A DNA stretch of 43,257 bases from Octopus bimaculoides (GCF_001194135.2 NC_068981.1:70923059-70966315), one strand, 5' to 3'. Counted from the stretch's first letter, positions 22,661 through 34,428 are shown. Numbers and translations: made by a program. Notes: generated by a model not told the origin, from the letters alone.

Positions 22661-25396
22661 TTATTTCATAAATATTTGCCATAAAGCCATTACAAAGAGG
22701 GGACGAACAAGGATAGACAAACATAAAGGGGGTGAAGTAGCTGTATCGATTAAATATTTACAATTTTAAATATACAATAAAAATTGGATTATATTTACAA
22801 TGTTTGATTGAAGCATTGCTCATTACAGATGCAATTTGTAATGGCTTTGCTGCACAGCCACTCCTGCGCATTACCAAAAGAGTTTGACGATTCTTATTCA
22901 GATTTATCTGTTATATATTTATCTGTTAACAGATTTATCTGTTATGGCTTTCTAAAAGTGATATTACGGTGAGATTTACAGCTCGCATAGAATGCTTAAA
23001 ACAATTTTTACAAACACTTAGAGATAATAACATTAGCTACTCCGAAGTGAATGATCCTGACTGGCAGAAAAAGTTGTATTTCATGGTGGACATGACAAAT
23101 TATTAAAATTTCTTAAGCAAAAACCTTTTAAGCAAAGAGAGGCGCGACCTCTAGTTGTTGTAAAAGGGTTTCTCACTTCAGCATAAATAAAAAGTGCTTT
23201 CGAAAACCATTGAAAACAGTGATTTACCTCATATTTTCTTTAGAAACTTTAGTGAAAGAAAAAATAATATCAGTAAAAGACATTCACTGTAAATAATGAA
23301 ACCATACAAAATGGTTTTAGTAAAAGATTTACAGATTTTCGAAAATAAAGCAACTTTAACATTCTATACAGCACAAATTGGTAATGAAATAACGAAAATA
23401 ATCTGTTACCAGAGATGAGTCAATCTGATCTACAGATGGAAATAGCCAATATAACTGATAAGGAATTGTGAGAATAAGAATTAATGAGGATAAACATAGA
23501 GACATCTATAAATGTACTGAAATTCAAACGAGACAAACTAATATTTGAAACTTAGAATTTAGTTCTGGACAACTATAGAAGCATCAAAACAAAATGCCGT
23601 TCAGTTTTATATTGATTTTCGAACCAGCCTATTTGTGCAAACAATTTTTTTCTTTCTTTTCACAAATGAATTCATTTAAACGAATTTAATGATATCAAAG
23701 TACTGCATAAAGTTATCTGACCAAAGCCGTCAATCTTGACTGAAAGCATAAATATAAACGACGACCTCATGATCTAGACTATGCCGCAATTACAGAGAAG
23801 TTTCTAAAGTAAAACTCACGTTGCCTGAGAAAAGAAATTATCTAAATTTATGTTTTCTAGTATGTTTTTGTTTATAATAAAGTATGCGATATCGAAAGAT
23901 CTACTTATTTTTCTATTTATTTATTTATCTATCTATTTTTAGCTAACACCACCTCTTCAGTTCGAAAAGATTCCAACTTCTGCTTTTCTGAATGCAGTAT
24001 GCAAAGTTAGGATATTCATAATTTTAAAATTGCTATACGGGTTAGATTATTGAAATACGGTCAGTTAATGCCTGAAACTACACTCAGGTCACATTCTGCT
24101 CTCTGACCATCCTGATTAGCTGCAAAGCATTTATAAGATTTGACTAATTTCCATCAACTCATCACTTCTGTCTGCATTTTGAGGCACATTGCTTCACTGT
24201 TAATGTTTTATTTTTAATGAATTTTAATAGCAATAAGATAGATGTTCTGTAGAGACAAAAGAACTGTATTACATAAAAGTAATGGACGTTTACTCATGTT
24301 TAATTGTACTTGAGAGCAGTTTACATAATCAAATGGAACAGATACCAGGATTTATTGGGAATCAAAAACCTAGTTAGAGGAATTTATACAGCGAGGAAGA
24401 CAACATGACCTCAATTTAAGATATTATTTTAAACATTTCATTAATAAAAGTCGGGAGAAAACTTCAGACGTATTTCATGCTTATTTAAAATCGTCAAAGA
24501 AGCATAGACTCCATTGTGTTTAACGAATTGGTGATATGAGTATTTCGAAGTACGTGTACAAGAACAGAAAAGGAAAATTAATATATTTGAAAAAATAAAA
24601 CACTGACATTGAATACAGAGGGACGTCATCCGCTAGAAAAGTGTTAACATGCTTAATGTAATGATCATTAAAAATTCTAATTAGAAATATTTACGTACGT
24701 GGTGAAGAAACTGTAACATTTTCCGAATGACTAATATTATTATCACGTGCAAACACGGTAGCCCGCTCCTAACATGAATAATTAACCTCACAGAAATGCA
24801 ACGGAGTACTTTAGTATCCTAAGGGAAATTTGTACTTCGCCTTCACAATACTGTGCGAAGAAAAGTTAAGCTGGGACTCTACTGATGAGACAGTTTCATA
24901 CCTTTTATTCAGGATTCTATGAAGACATGTCATCTTCCACAATCCCTAAACATCTTCACATAGTAGAATAATCTGTAAAATGGAGACTAGTTGTCTTGTT
25001 ACGGAGACTGACTATAGTATATAACAATAGCATATTTACGACTACTTTTATTACCAAGTTTCTCAGATGAAGGAAATTTAAATACTAGACGTTTTCAATA
25101 ATTACACTTACTTTGAAAATTAACTTTTGAAAAGTTAATGTTCAAGGTAAGTGAAAATAGCTTCATAGTAACATATATCAAAACTATAAGCTCCCATATT
25201 TGGAGCAAAATTGTGTGAATAGGGTAAACACCCAATAACAGAACCATGTAGTACAGTGCAAGATGCATTAGATATCAAGCCAAGTTGTACAAACACCATT
25301 TTTGTATATATATTAGATTAACCACAAAGTTCATTCGGTTTTTGTCGACACTAAATTTCAAGCAATCTAATAAATAGCTAATTTCAGGCTTTCCTT

Positions 25397-25408
25397 TGCG
25401 CATGCGCA
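25397..25408. promoter_or_regulatory. Perfect NRF1/EWG-type palindrome TGCGCATGCGCA
   Basis: Exact match to the YGCGCAYGCGCR consensus in a locally CpG-enriched, non-TE-looking patch; function not shown. Confidence 0.45.
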
Positions 25409-25746
25409 CTTGTTAGATAGTTTTCACTTCACGTAGTTCGACGCAAATTTGCGACGAGACAAGCTGCATTTTATGCGTTTGGGATCATCCCAAAAATGGG
25501 CAGCCAAAGTGAACATTACTGACACCCGTGTTTTATATTTATAAATTGAAAATAAAACAAGAAAGCGGCGAAACCTGCAGACAATATGCACTGTGTATGG
25601 AGAGGATGCTGGGAAAAACTTCCTCTCGAACCTCCACTTTTCTCGCAAATTATTGTTTTTTAATTTTTTTTTTTTTTTTTTTTTTTTCAAAAAACTCATG
25701 TTTTCGGATACGAAGATTCCGGAAAATTGCAGAAAATTTTGACAAA

Positions 25747-26009
25747 NNNNNNNNNNNNNNNNNNNNNNNNNNNNNNNNNNNNNNNNNNNNNNNNNNNNNN
25801 NNNNNNNNNNNNNNNNNNNNNNNNNNNNNNNNNNNNNNNNNNNNNNNNNNNNNNNNNNNNNNNNNNNNNNNNNNNNNNNNNNNNNNNNNNNNNNNNNNNN
25901 NNNNNNNNNNNNNNNNNNNNNNNNNNNNNNNNNNNNNNNNNNNNNNNNNNNNNNNNNNNNNNNNNNNNNNNNNNNNNNNNNNNNNNNNNNNNNNNNNNNN
26001 NNNNNNNNN
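25747..26009. other. Assembly gap (263 N) with homopolymer-rich, low-quality-looking flanks
   Basis: N run; flanks ~25660-25746 and 26010-26230 are dominated by A/T homopolymers. Confidence 0.98.
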
Positions 26010-26239
26010 AAAAAAAAAAAAAAAATTGGTGAAAAAAATTTTAATTTTAATTTTTGGAAATTTTTTCAGAATCACAATCTCCGTATTTTTCTGCATATTT
26101 TGAAAAAAAATTGTGAAAAAAAGTTAAACGAAGAATTTGCCGACTTTTGCTAATTTTTTTTCAGGTTTGTATTCTCCATAGCCGAAAACGGGGATTTGTG
26201 TAGAAAATTTTTTTTTTTTTAAAAAGGTATTTTGGGCGG

Positions 26240-27108
26240 GTGTAAAAGGAGGTATTGCCGGATGCTGTTACGGAACAAGTGTGTCAGAAGTGGTTTTCAA
26301 GATTTCGATCGGAAAATTTTTCAGTCCCTACTCAGGTCGGCTAACTGAGATTAACAGTGAGAAAATGAAGGAGTTAGTTGACACCAACCGCCGTAGTACG
26401 ATACTTTATTTTTTAAAGAGAGTAGTGACAGAAGACAAAGAGACGAAAAATGAATCGTTTATAATAATGTGAAACACAAACAATCATTGGGAAAGCATGA
26501 CGAATCACTACAAAGAACCTCCAAAGCAGGACTTCACCCAAAGAAAGTTATACTTTCAGTTTGGTGGGACTAGAACGGTGTTGTCTTTTACGAGCCTTTT
26601 CCTACACACAAGACCATCAATTCAGATGTGTACTGTATTCAGCTGGACAAATTGAACGCAGTTGTCGACCAGAACCGTTCAGCACTTGTTAATCGTAAGG
26701 GCGTTGTCTTTTATAACAGTATTGCCAAATCTCACACTTCTTTGCAGACGCGACCAAAGTTATTGAGACTTGACTAGCATGTAATTCGACGCAAACTACA
26801 TGCTAGCTTCCATATTTGTCCGGCCCTTCGCCTTCAGATTTCAACCTATTTCGGTCTCTTCAAAATTCGTTGGATGGGTGGACAGACCTTCAACTTTGAA
26901 GAGGATGTAAAACTTCATCAAGAAGAGTTTTCCACCAGTAAAGACGAGATTCTTTGAGGAAGGAATAATGGATTAGTCCACAAGATAGCAGAAGATACTA
27001 GAACGAAATGGTAATTATATCACTGACTGAATAAATCGCTTTGTGCTTAAAATCTGTGTCTTATTTTCGCTTAAAAGAAGAAACGAACGGACTTTTGGGT
27101 CAACCCAA
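26240..27108 (+). mobile_element. mariner (DD34D, Hsmar1/cecropia-like) decayed transposon with internal deletion and right TIR
   Basis: DAVTEQVCQKWFSRFRS.NF..SGRL.E; FLKRVVTED; SKAGLHPKKVILSVWWD; TINSDVYC.QLDKLN; PSDFNLFRSLQNSL; right TIR CGGACTTTTGGGTCAACCCAA. Confidence 0.92.
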
Positions 27109-27453
27109 GGGTATCTGCAGGCGTTGAAATGACAGATATATTTACTATGGAGCAATATTGTAAGTGTGAGTGTAATTATCGAAAACGTAGTTTGCAAAGA
27201 CTATTAGAATATTTTAAGCAATCAATTGCTCGCTAATGCTTGCCTTTGCCTAGGATATTATTTGTAACTAGTTCACCGTTTAGTCGTGGCCCAAAGTTTG
27301 AATAATTTTTTTAAAATTAGAATTGTACAATTCAATTTAAATTTATACATTGTATATATTTGGGTATCTAATATAAAAATTCTAATTTTCAAACCTATGT
27401 TTCAAACTTTTGACCAAGTAATAACATATTGCAAATGAAAAATAAACGGCATC

Positions 27454-27555
27454 GGAGGGGCAATGCCACTTGCACGTTAATTTCACGAGGAGGCTGTTCC
27501 GTTGATCGGATCAACTGGAACCCTCGTCATCGTAAGCGACTGAGTGCCAACAACA
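27454..27555 (+). mobile_element. SINE family A internal-deletion derivative
   Basis: Head GGAGGGGCAATGCC joined directly to the 3' part ACTTGCACGTTAATTTCACGAG...GAGTGCCAACAAC. Confidence 0.85.
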
Positions 27556-28756
27556 TATATATATAAGAGAGTGAGAGAGCTGTCAATTATTTGTTCACGG
27601 CTGACTAAATTGTCGTTGTTTAGCCCCAGAACAATTCTATTTGAACAGACCTATGATGGAAGTTCTGAAACAGATCATTTTATTTCATTCTTATAAAACA
27701 AAAAATTAATACCAAAAACATCCTTTAATTAACGTGGTAGGATGTGATTTGAGAGAGATGTGGTTGCTATTTTTAGTTTTCAAGTTACTATCAAGAAACT
27801 GTTTTGTTACTCTCTCTCTTACTTTTCCATTCCATCAGAGAATTAGTTTATGTGAAAGAGGGTGAGAGGTATGAATTCTATTTCAACACTTCGGAGGGGT
27901 GGTTAGCGCAAGCGGCAAAGTTAGCCATGTATTATGCAGGGTACGATAACTAAGGAGAGGAAAGGCTGAAAGTATTTTCGGTTACAGATTTTGATACACA
28001 TATATAATCTGTATTATAATATTGATTTCCTGAATACACTTTTCGGAACGGTAATCAATATTGCTTTAACGTATTAACAAGAACCTGACAAAGAATACTA
28101 TTACATCCAATTATCAGATTGTTTAGATATTTATTAGAATTTGAGGAAGTAATTATGCGATTATACATTTTAAGAGAGCTTTGTGTATTATATATTCATT
28201 GAGATAAAATTGAATGGTTTTATGGCAAACAGATCGCCCTTCGACACTAATTTTGTAATATTCCTGCTCTTGAAATACTTTTAATAACACATGTAGCCAA
28301 AAGATTTGCGTAATGACAGAGGAAAGTATTTACTAAAGCTCGTCTATTTATGGCTTAAGGTGAATAATCTCAATGATTGTATCTAAGAGATTATTTGTAA
28401 TAGCTTCATCTCATATGAACTCTAAGTATTCCGTGATGTAAATATTATATGCACTGAAGAGGTAATGTATATGGAATTATGTAATAGATATACGCTTATC
28501 TTCCATTTATTATGTGGTTTACTGAGGCAAATACATCTAATTCTGTGTATCTCCTAATTACATGTAAATGATGCTACAACTTTGCATTATTCTAAGAAAA
28601 CTAACAAGTGGTGTGTATAGACGAACCAACTAACAATACTATTCCGTATAAAAATTCATCTTTCGTTTTGTGAAGATGGTTGAATATTATTCTAACTCGT
28701 TGCAAATAGCTGGTGAAAGATGTGAACAAGCTGAACCGAAATTCTCTAAAATATTG

Positions 28757-28918
28757 GTTTCAAATTTTGGTACAATGCCTGCAATTTGTACTTATTTTAT
28801 CGATCCCGAAAGTATGACAAGCAAAGTAGACCTCGGCCGAATTTGAACTCAAAACGTAAAGACGGACGAATTGATAGTACTTTGCCCGGAGTGCTAACGA
28901 TTCTGCCAGCTTGCCACC
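28757..28918 (-). mobile_element. SINE family B with ~50-bp internal deletion
   Basis: TTTCAAATTTTGG...GCAATTT|GTACTTATTTTATCGA..GACCTCGGC.GAATTTGAACTC..CTAACGATTCTGCCAGC. Confidence 0.88.
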
Positions 28919-29035
28919 CCAAAATACTCTGTAATATTGACTTACGATCTGAATAGAAAACTCTGTGTTACGTTGACTTTACATTTCATCTGGTTCGAAG
29001 CACCAGATTTGCATTCGAAAACAGTGATTGTTATT

Positions 29036-29047
29036 ATATATATATAA

Positions 29048-29078
<31 letters not shown>

Positions 29079-29261
29079 AGAGTTTAAGGATTGGAGAAAA
29101 CGCATGTTATAATTGCATACTTTATTCCTACATATGTTTCAAAGGATTACAACCTGTGTGATCCATAGGGATCTTTGATATTAAAATTGTAACCTTCTCA
29201 TCAGGGAAAGCATGGGAATCATCAGAAGAATTTTTATTCATTAAGATAGAAGAAATACACA

Positions 29262-29298
<37 letters not shown>
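29036..29298. mobile_element. ~190-bp element between two (TA)n tracts carrying a hammerhead; probable Penelope/retrozyme terminal fragment
   Basis: Flanked by (TA)n at 29036-29078 and 29265-29298; the PLE origin is inferred from the ribozyme type. Confidence 0.5.
29116..29214 (-). ncRNA. Type I hammerhead ribozyme candidate with intact catalytic core
   Basis: CAUGCUUUCC-CUGAUGA-G-AAGGUUACAA-(34 nt)-UUGUAAUCCUU-U-GAAA-CAUAUG-UA-GGAAUAAAGUAUG: core CUGAUGA, GAAA and UH present; stems I, II and III all pair. Confidence 0.8.
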
Positions 29299-29299
<1 letters not shown>

Positions 29300-29302
<3 letters not shown>

Positions 29303-29576
29303 GAGGAGAAATAAAAAATTATACGTACTTTCGCCATAACATATCTTTATTAATGTCACACTGCCTTCTGCGAATGCGTAATTATAGTTGGTACTATTGT
29401 GACTACGTGGTCGAAGTTTGAGCCTGATCGCGCCATTTTTCTTTCTGGCTTTACAGTGTAAGCATGGTCACTCCACTCGCAATGTGCACCAAAGAAGAAC
29501 AAAGAACAATGATCCGATTTCACTGGTCGGAAGGTGGGTCAGGAGCTGAACATTCATCGGAGGCTTTCAACACAAT
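29300..29576 (+). mobile_element. mariner (irritans/Hsmar2-like) left end and N-terminus, copy A
   Basis: TIR-like CACGAGGAGAAATAAAAAATTATACGTACTT; MVTPLAMCTKEEQRTMIRFHWSEG.SGAE.HRRLSTQ. Confidence 0.85.
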
Positions 29577-30114
29577 TGGTTAATGATTTCAACGGTCTGG
29601 GCAGCTGTGTTTGGGCGTGCATTGTCATGCAACAATAAAACTTTCTTCGACATTTGGTGCGAATTGATGGCTTCAGTTTATTGACCAGCAAAGCACTTTT
29701 CCAGGTAGCCATCCAGTATAGGCCCTTTTGAGTCCCCAAAAAGGGTTAATATCACCTTTCCCGAAGAAGACTGAGTTTTGAATTTCTTCGTCACTGGCGA
29801 GCCAGGATGTTTCCACTCATATTCTGTCTTTTGAATTCTACCTCATAGTGATGGACCCGCATTTCATCCCCTGTGACTATTTGCTCAAAAGTTCCTCGCC
29901 CTGGTTGTTGTAGCGATCAAGTCAACGTAGGCAGACCTCAAGATGTTTGTGCTTGTGCTCTGCAGTAAACTATCTCGGCATCGATCTTGCACAGACTCTA
30001 TAGAAGTCGAGCTCATCGTGGATGATTTTCAGAACCTGACACACCTTCTGACCAGAGAAATCGGATCACGTTTCTTTGTTCTTCCATGGTGCACATTGCT
30101 AGTGGAGAATGGGT
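29577..30114 (-). mobile_element. mariner transposase internal fragment, copy B (inverted, internally deleted)
   Basis: PLAMCTMEEQRNVIRFLWSEGVSGS fused to KIIHDELDFYRVCAR..PR; VTGDE-like; FW..KGPIL..YLE; SKKVLLLHDNARP.TAAQTVEIIN. Confidence 0.88.
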
Positions 30115-30115
30115 G

Positions 30116-30301
30116 TCGAAAATTATCCGCACTTTCGCCATAACATACTTTTATTATTGTCACACTACATTCTGCACAGGTGTGATTATAGTTGGTAATA
30201 TTGTGGTCATGTGATCGAAGTTTGAGCCTGACCGCACCATTTTTCTTTCTGACTTTACAGTGTAAGCATGGCCTCTCCACTAACAATATACACCAAGGAA
30301 G
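30116..30301 (+). mobile_element. mariner left end, copy C
   Basis: Aligns with 29316-29500 (AAAATTATCCGCACTTTCGCCATAAC...GCATGGCCTCTCCACT). Confidence 0.85.
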
Positions 30302-30416
<115 letters not shown>

Positions 30417-30743
30417 TTGTTATATCTTATTTGTATTTATTTCCTCCATATTCTGCGAAAATAATTTTTTGCTTTTACGATATGATGTCTTATTAAAATT
30501 GAATGAAGGCGAGGAAGGTCTGTGACAAACGTTTTTCCCCCAGTATATGATGCATGTGATTCTAATGACTAAGTAATGCCAGAGTAGTATTGTGAATAAT
30601 AACACTCTTCTTCATTGGTAATATGATGATGTGCTGCATTATTACTCATATTACAAGGAAAGAGATTCTAATAGTGTGGTAAAGTAGAAAAGAGCCTGAG
30701 TAAACGTTCTGCGTCCTTCTCGTTTTACGAGAGTCGACAAATG

Positions 30744-31896
30744 TACGAAGGTCGGCTGAAAAGTTCACAGGTTGACCAAGATACTTTCAGGAAACATTAT
30801 CTAATGAGGTTTAGTTTTCAACATAGTTACAATCCACGCACTCCTTCCATCGGCATTGCAGTGTTTTGATCCCATTGGGGAAGAAGCTTTCATCCTGTCG
30901 GTCAAAATGTCATCATCACTATGATATTGGTTCCCAAGTCAAGTGTTTTCTCATGTTGGGGAACAAATGATAGTCAGGTGGGGCCAAATCAGGAGAATAA
31001 TGAGGGTGCTCATCCAGTTCAAAGCCACAGTCATGCACAACAGCCATTGTGCGCTGGAGTTATGTTGTGTTGAAACAAGGCTCCTTTCGTTGGTTTTCTT
31101 GGGCGATTAGTCTTTCTAGCCTAATACTTTCCATTGATAGTATGGTCCTTTTGAAGATAGTCAATAAGCGCAATACCTTTTTCAACCAAAAATATGTTGT
31201 TATCACCTTCCCAGCAGACGAAAAGACCTTGACCTACTGTGAGGAGGTCTGTTTCCACTGCATGGACCGTCTCTTTTTTTCTGGTTCAAAGTGATGAATC
31301 CAACACTCAACGAAACTAGCTGGATCTGCTTCAATGTCAGATTTTCATGTGATGTGATCAGGTGTCAGAAGACGTGACACTCACCGAGTAGAAATCTTCG
31401 TCACACCAAATGTACTGTGCAGAATATTCTCAGGTCTGTCAAAGGATATGCTAACAGCATTGGCAATTTGATTTATAGTCAAACCCCTGTCATCCATCAC
31501 TATGGGATGAACACAATCCTTTCCTCGCTAATGGCTGTTGCAGAGCGTCCAGACTTTGGACCATCTTCAACACTCTCCCTTTGCCTCTTAAATTCAGTTG
31601 CCCACTTTTGCACTGTTGATAAAGTTGGAGCATCATCTCCTAATACAGCGACCATGTCAGCATGAATGTCGTTGAAGGCTAAACACTTTTCTGCAGGTAC
31701 TTGATAACACTGCGATGCCATGCCAAGTTTTGTCCACTTTGAAGTTGTTTTTTTTTTATCACCTAGATGTGAGTTTATTTGAAAAAAAACAATGTGGGTA
31801 TTAATATGAAGATTTGAAATGAATGCATGCAAGATGTCGCAGCTCTAGCACCACTCTGTCATTGTTAGGGCGTGAACTTTTCAGCCCACTCTCATG
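30744..31896 (-). mobile_element. mariner (irritans-like) decayed element with both TIRs
   Basis: TIRs TACGAAGGTCGGCTGAAAAGTTC (30744-30766) and GAACTTTTCAGCCCACTCTCATG (31874-31896); MDKTWH; DIHADMVAVLGDDAPTLSTVQKWATEFKRQRESVEDGPKSGRSATA; PDLAPPDY-like C-terminal motif. Confidence 0.9.
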
Positions 31897-32980
31897 CATC
31901 AGCGAAGTAATGAAGTTTACTAAAGCTACTATACTTTTCCTTGCAGAGTTTTACATTTATGCTTATCTTATAGATCTTCATTTTGCAAATAAAAAGCGTT
32001 TTGTGAGTAGGAAAACGTAGACTGAATACAAGTGTCCCTTGTGAGATTCAGTTACATCGAAATAGAAATGATCAAGAAACCCTCTTGATCTCAGTATATA
32101 CTTATGTCATATTCTTGATAATGTTAGAAATCTGAAAAAGTGTACGAGATATATAAACTGTTGATATTTTTAAAATTTGGTACAAACTTGATTCACAGGG
32201 CTTGTTTCCAGCACAAACACTGAAGACTTTACTATGCTGGACTTTCATTGAATAGCTTATTCTACTAGTGCTACTAGATTAACGTAAAATTTCATGCAGA
32301 TAGAATAGTACAGGTGGAATAGTAGAACAACCAATTTATAATGTATAATCTAAAAATATGAAGTCTTACAACTTTTTAGCTACAACTTAAAATAATTTCG
32401 AATCAGATAAAAGTAATACCTCTTGGGTTGCCCGCACATTCCACTTTTATCAACGGTGACTCCTGAATAGATAGAAAAATCCCAGCATTGTATTAATGGT
32501 GAATCAATTGATTATAGTCCGCCACCACTCCACCCCAATAAGTCTGTGACGATGTTCCAATGTCATCGTAAAAGATCTGATAGGTTGACAGAAACGATAA
32601 GCTCTTCAACTAAACCATTGATGCATTTAGTTACACACATTTATGCTCTAATCAAATCCTACTTAGTTCAACTTTACTTTTCATCGTTCTAAAACAGATA
32701 AAATAAGTAACAGTTAAGTACTAAAGGTATTAAATCAGTTAAACGCTTCAAACAAACGGATGTCCTTTTCTATGACATAAATATTTATTCTGTTTCATTT
32801 CACTGCTTTACTGGTTTACCGGAGCTTCAGTGGTTCTTTACAGTGGTTCTTCACAGACCTTCAGTGGTTCTTCAAATCCACTGTTTATTACATTATAAAT
32901 CTCTATTTCAAAGACAGCCAGATGCTTTGTTATGTAATTAGTATGGCTCTTATCCGACAAACAGCAAATATTTGCTCAAT

Positions 32981-33368
32981 TGTTGTTGTTGGCACTCCGT
33001 CGGTTACGACGTTGAGGGTTCCACTTGATCTGATCAACGGAACAGCCTGCTCGTGAAATTAACGTGCAAGTGGTTGAGCACTCCACAGACACGTGTACCC
33101 TTAACATAGTTCTCGGGGATATTCAGCGTGACACAGTGTGACAAGGCTGACCCTTTGAAATACAGGCACAACAGAAACAGGAAGTAAGAGTGATAGAAAG
33201 TTGTGGTGGAAGAGTACAGCAGGGTTCACCACCATCCCCTGCCGGAGCCTCGTGGAGCTTTAGGTGTTTTCGCTGAATAAACACTCACAACGCCCGGTCT
33301 GGGAATCGAAATCGCGATCCTATGACCGCGAGTCCGCTGCCCTAACCACTGGGCCATTGCGCCTCCAC
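32981..33368 (-). mobile_element. SINE family A, full length
   Basis: (TTG)n tail at left; TSD ATTTGCTCAAT (32970-32980) / ATTTGTTCAAT (33369-33379). Confidence 0.95.
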
Positions 33369-34384
33369 ATTTGTTCAATAATTACAAGTGAATAACTCTT
33401 TTGGAGGAGTTGACAGAAGAATAGGTAGAATGGCTGGAAAATGGCACACATAATTTAGTTACATTTTACGATTTGATTTCAAATCCCGCCAGCTGCTTTA
33501 TAGTATCATCGCTGCTGCTTAATCTGGGAAGATGAAAGCAGTACCGGAGAAAAATTCCTGAAATGCTTCAAAATGTTTTTTCACAATGAAAAGGATAGAT
33601 TTTAAATATGCAGGGGTACAGACAGAGCATATATTGAACATTTTCAGTATAAAGTTTCGATGTAAGATTTATTAAATTGATTTTCTTCATCATAAGTGAT
33701 AAACAAAATTGTGGGGTTTTTTTTTTTATAATTCGCCCGATTTCATTGAAATACATAGTTAATTATGGGATACCCTGCATAATAGGTTAGATATGTTTGT
33801 AACGGATGTCATAGAGCGCTTGCCGTTCCACCTTCCCAGATAATATACCTTAAATTGCATCTATTTTACTCCCACTGTCTTCTCTACCGAAAGTAATTCG
33901 TCAGTCACGTAGTGCTAGCATAGCAGGCTGTTCTACGAATGCGCAGCAAAGCAAGGTTTTCTACCTCGGTTCCGAATTTTTCTCAATAAGAGAAATAACC
34001 CAATGAATCCTAAGTTTTTCTAAATTACTTAAATTGAGACATGTTTGAAAGCTTTGTCTTTCAAGCATGAATGGCCGATAACATATGCAACTGTTAAGTA
34101 ACTCCGATCAATTTAATTGATTCCTCCCTCAAGATATCTTTATATATGAGAAATTATGTTTTAAGGATCCCAATTTATTTTGTTTCAAGAACTGCGGCCT
34201 CTGTTGATTATCTAGTTTATATCATTCATGTTATCTGCATGAAAACAATATATTTAACATATTTTGGCAAGTTTTAGTTACTTATTCCAAAAGCAATTTG
34301 ATTCTTCTGCGCCGGATGATGTTCACTATGATACACTTGCTTAGGGATTACCCCCATCACAACAGCAATTATGTTGAAATATAT

Positions 34385-34428
34385 GCTTCACTGTTGAGGT
34401 AATAATAATTCCGAAACGTGTCTGGAGT
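34385..34428 (+). ncRNA. Minimal type I hammerhead ribozyme-like motif (Penelope-type), A6>U core mutation
   Basis: GCUUCA-CUGUUGA-GG-UAAUAAUAAUU-CC-GAAA-CGUG-UC-UGGAGU; stem I 5-6 bp, G10.1-C11.1 pair, near-palindromic stem III, GUC site. Confidence 0.6.

Larger units (their letters stand above)
21185..23810 (+). mobile_element. hAT (Buster/Charlie/SPIN-like) transposase pseudogene with two nested SINEs
   Basis: LPLC (BED-finger remnant); TDEEYMK..FL...EHLFSDF..VPLSARTMKER.MAANISEQ.IKDIN...CDES; IHPEALC; WL(S)K; DPDWQKKLYFMVDMT; QSDLQMEIANI.DKELW; many stops and frameshifts. Confidence 0.82.

Noticed and set aside
24880-24980. C/D-box snoRNA starting at TGATGA
   Set aside because: No convincing D box with a terminal stem, and no recognisable rRNA antisense element.
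25660-26235. Unusual A/T homopolymer architecture around the gap
   Set aside because: Looks like low-quality read ends next to an N gap; likely an artefact.
27600-27800. Another degenerate SINE-like tail (GTTGTTTAGCCCCAG..., echoes at ~6445-6470 and ~4704-4720)
   Set aside because: Similarity within the window is too short and diverged to define boundaries.
32822-32875. Three copies of CAGTGGTTCTT as a CRISPR-like or regulatory array
   Set aside because: 11-bp degenerate local duplication with irregular short spacing in eukaryotic DNA; no cas genes.
33790-33990. Promoter-like patch (CGTCA, GTCACGT, ATGCGCA)
   Set aside because: Only short half-sites expected by chance; no supporting gene structure.
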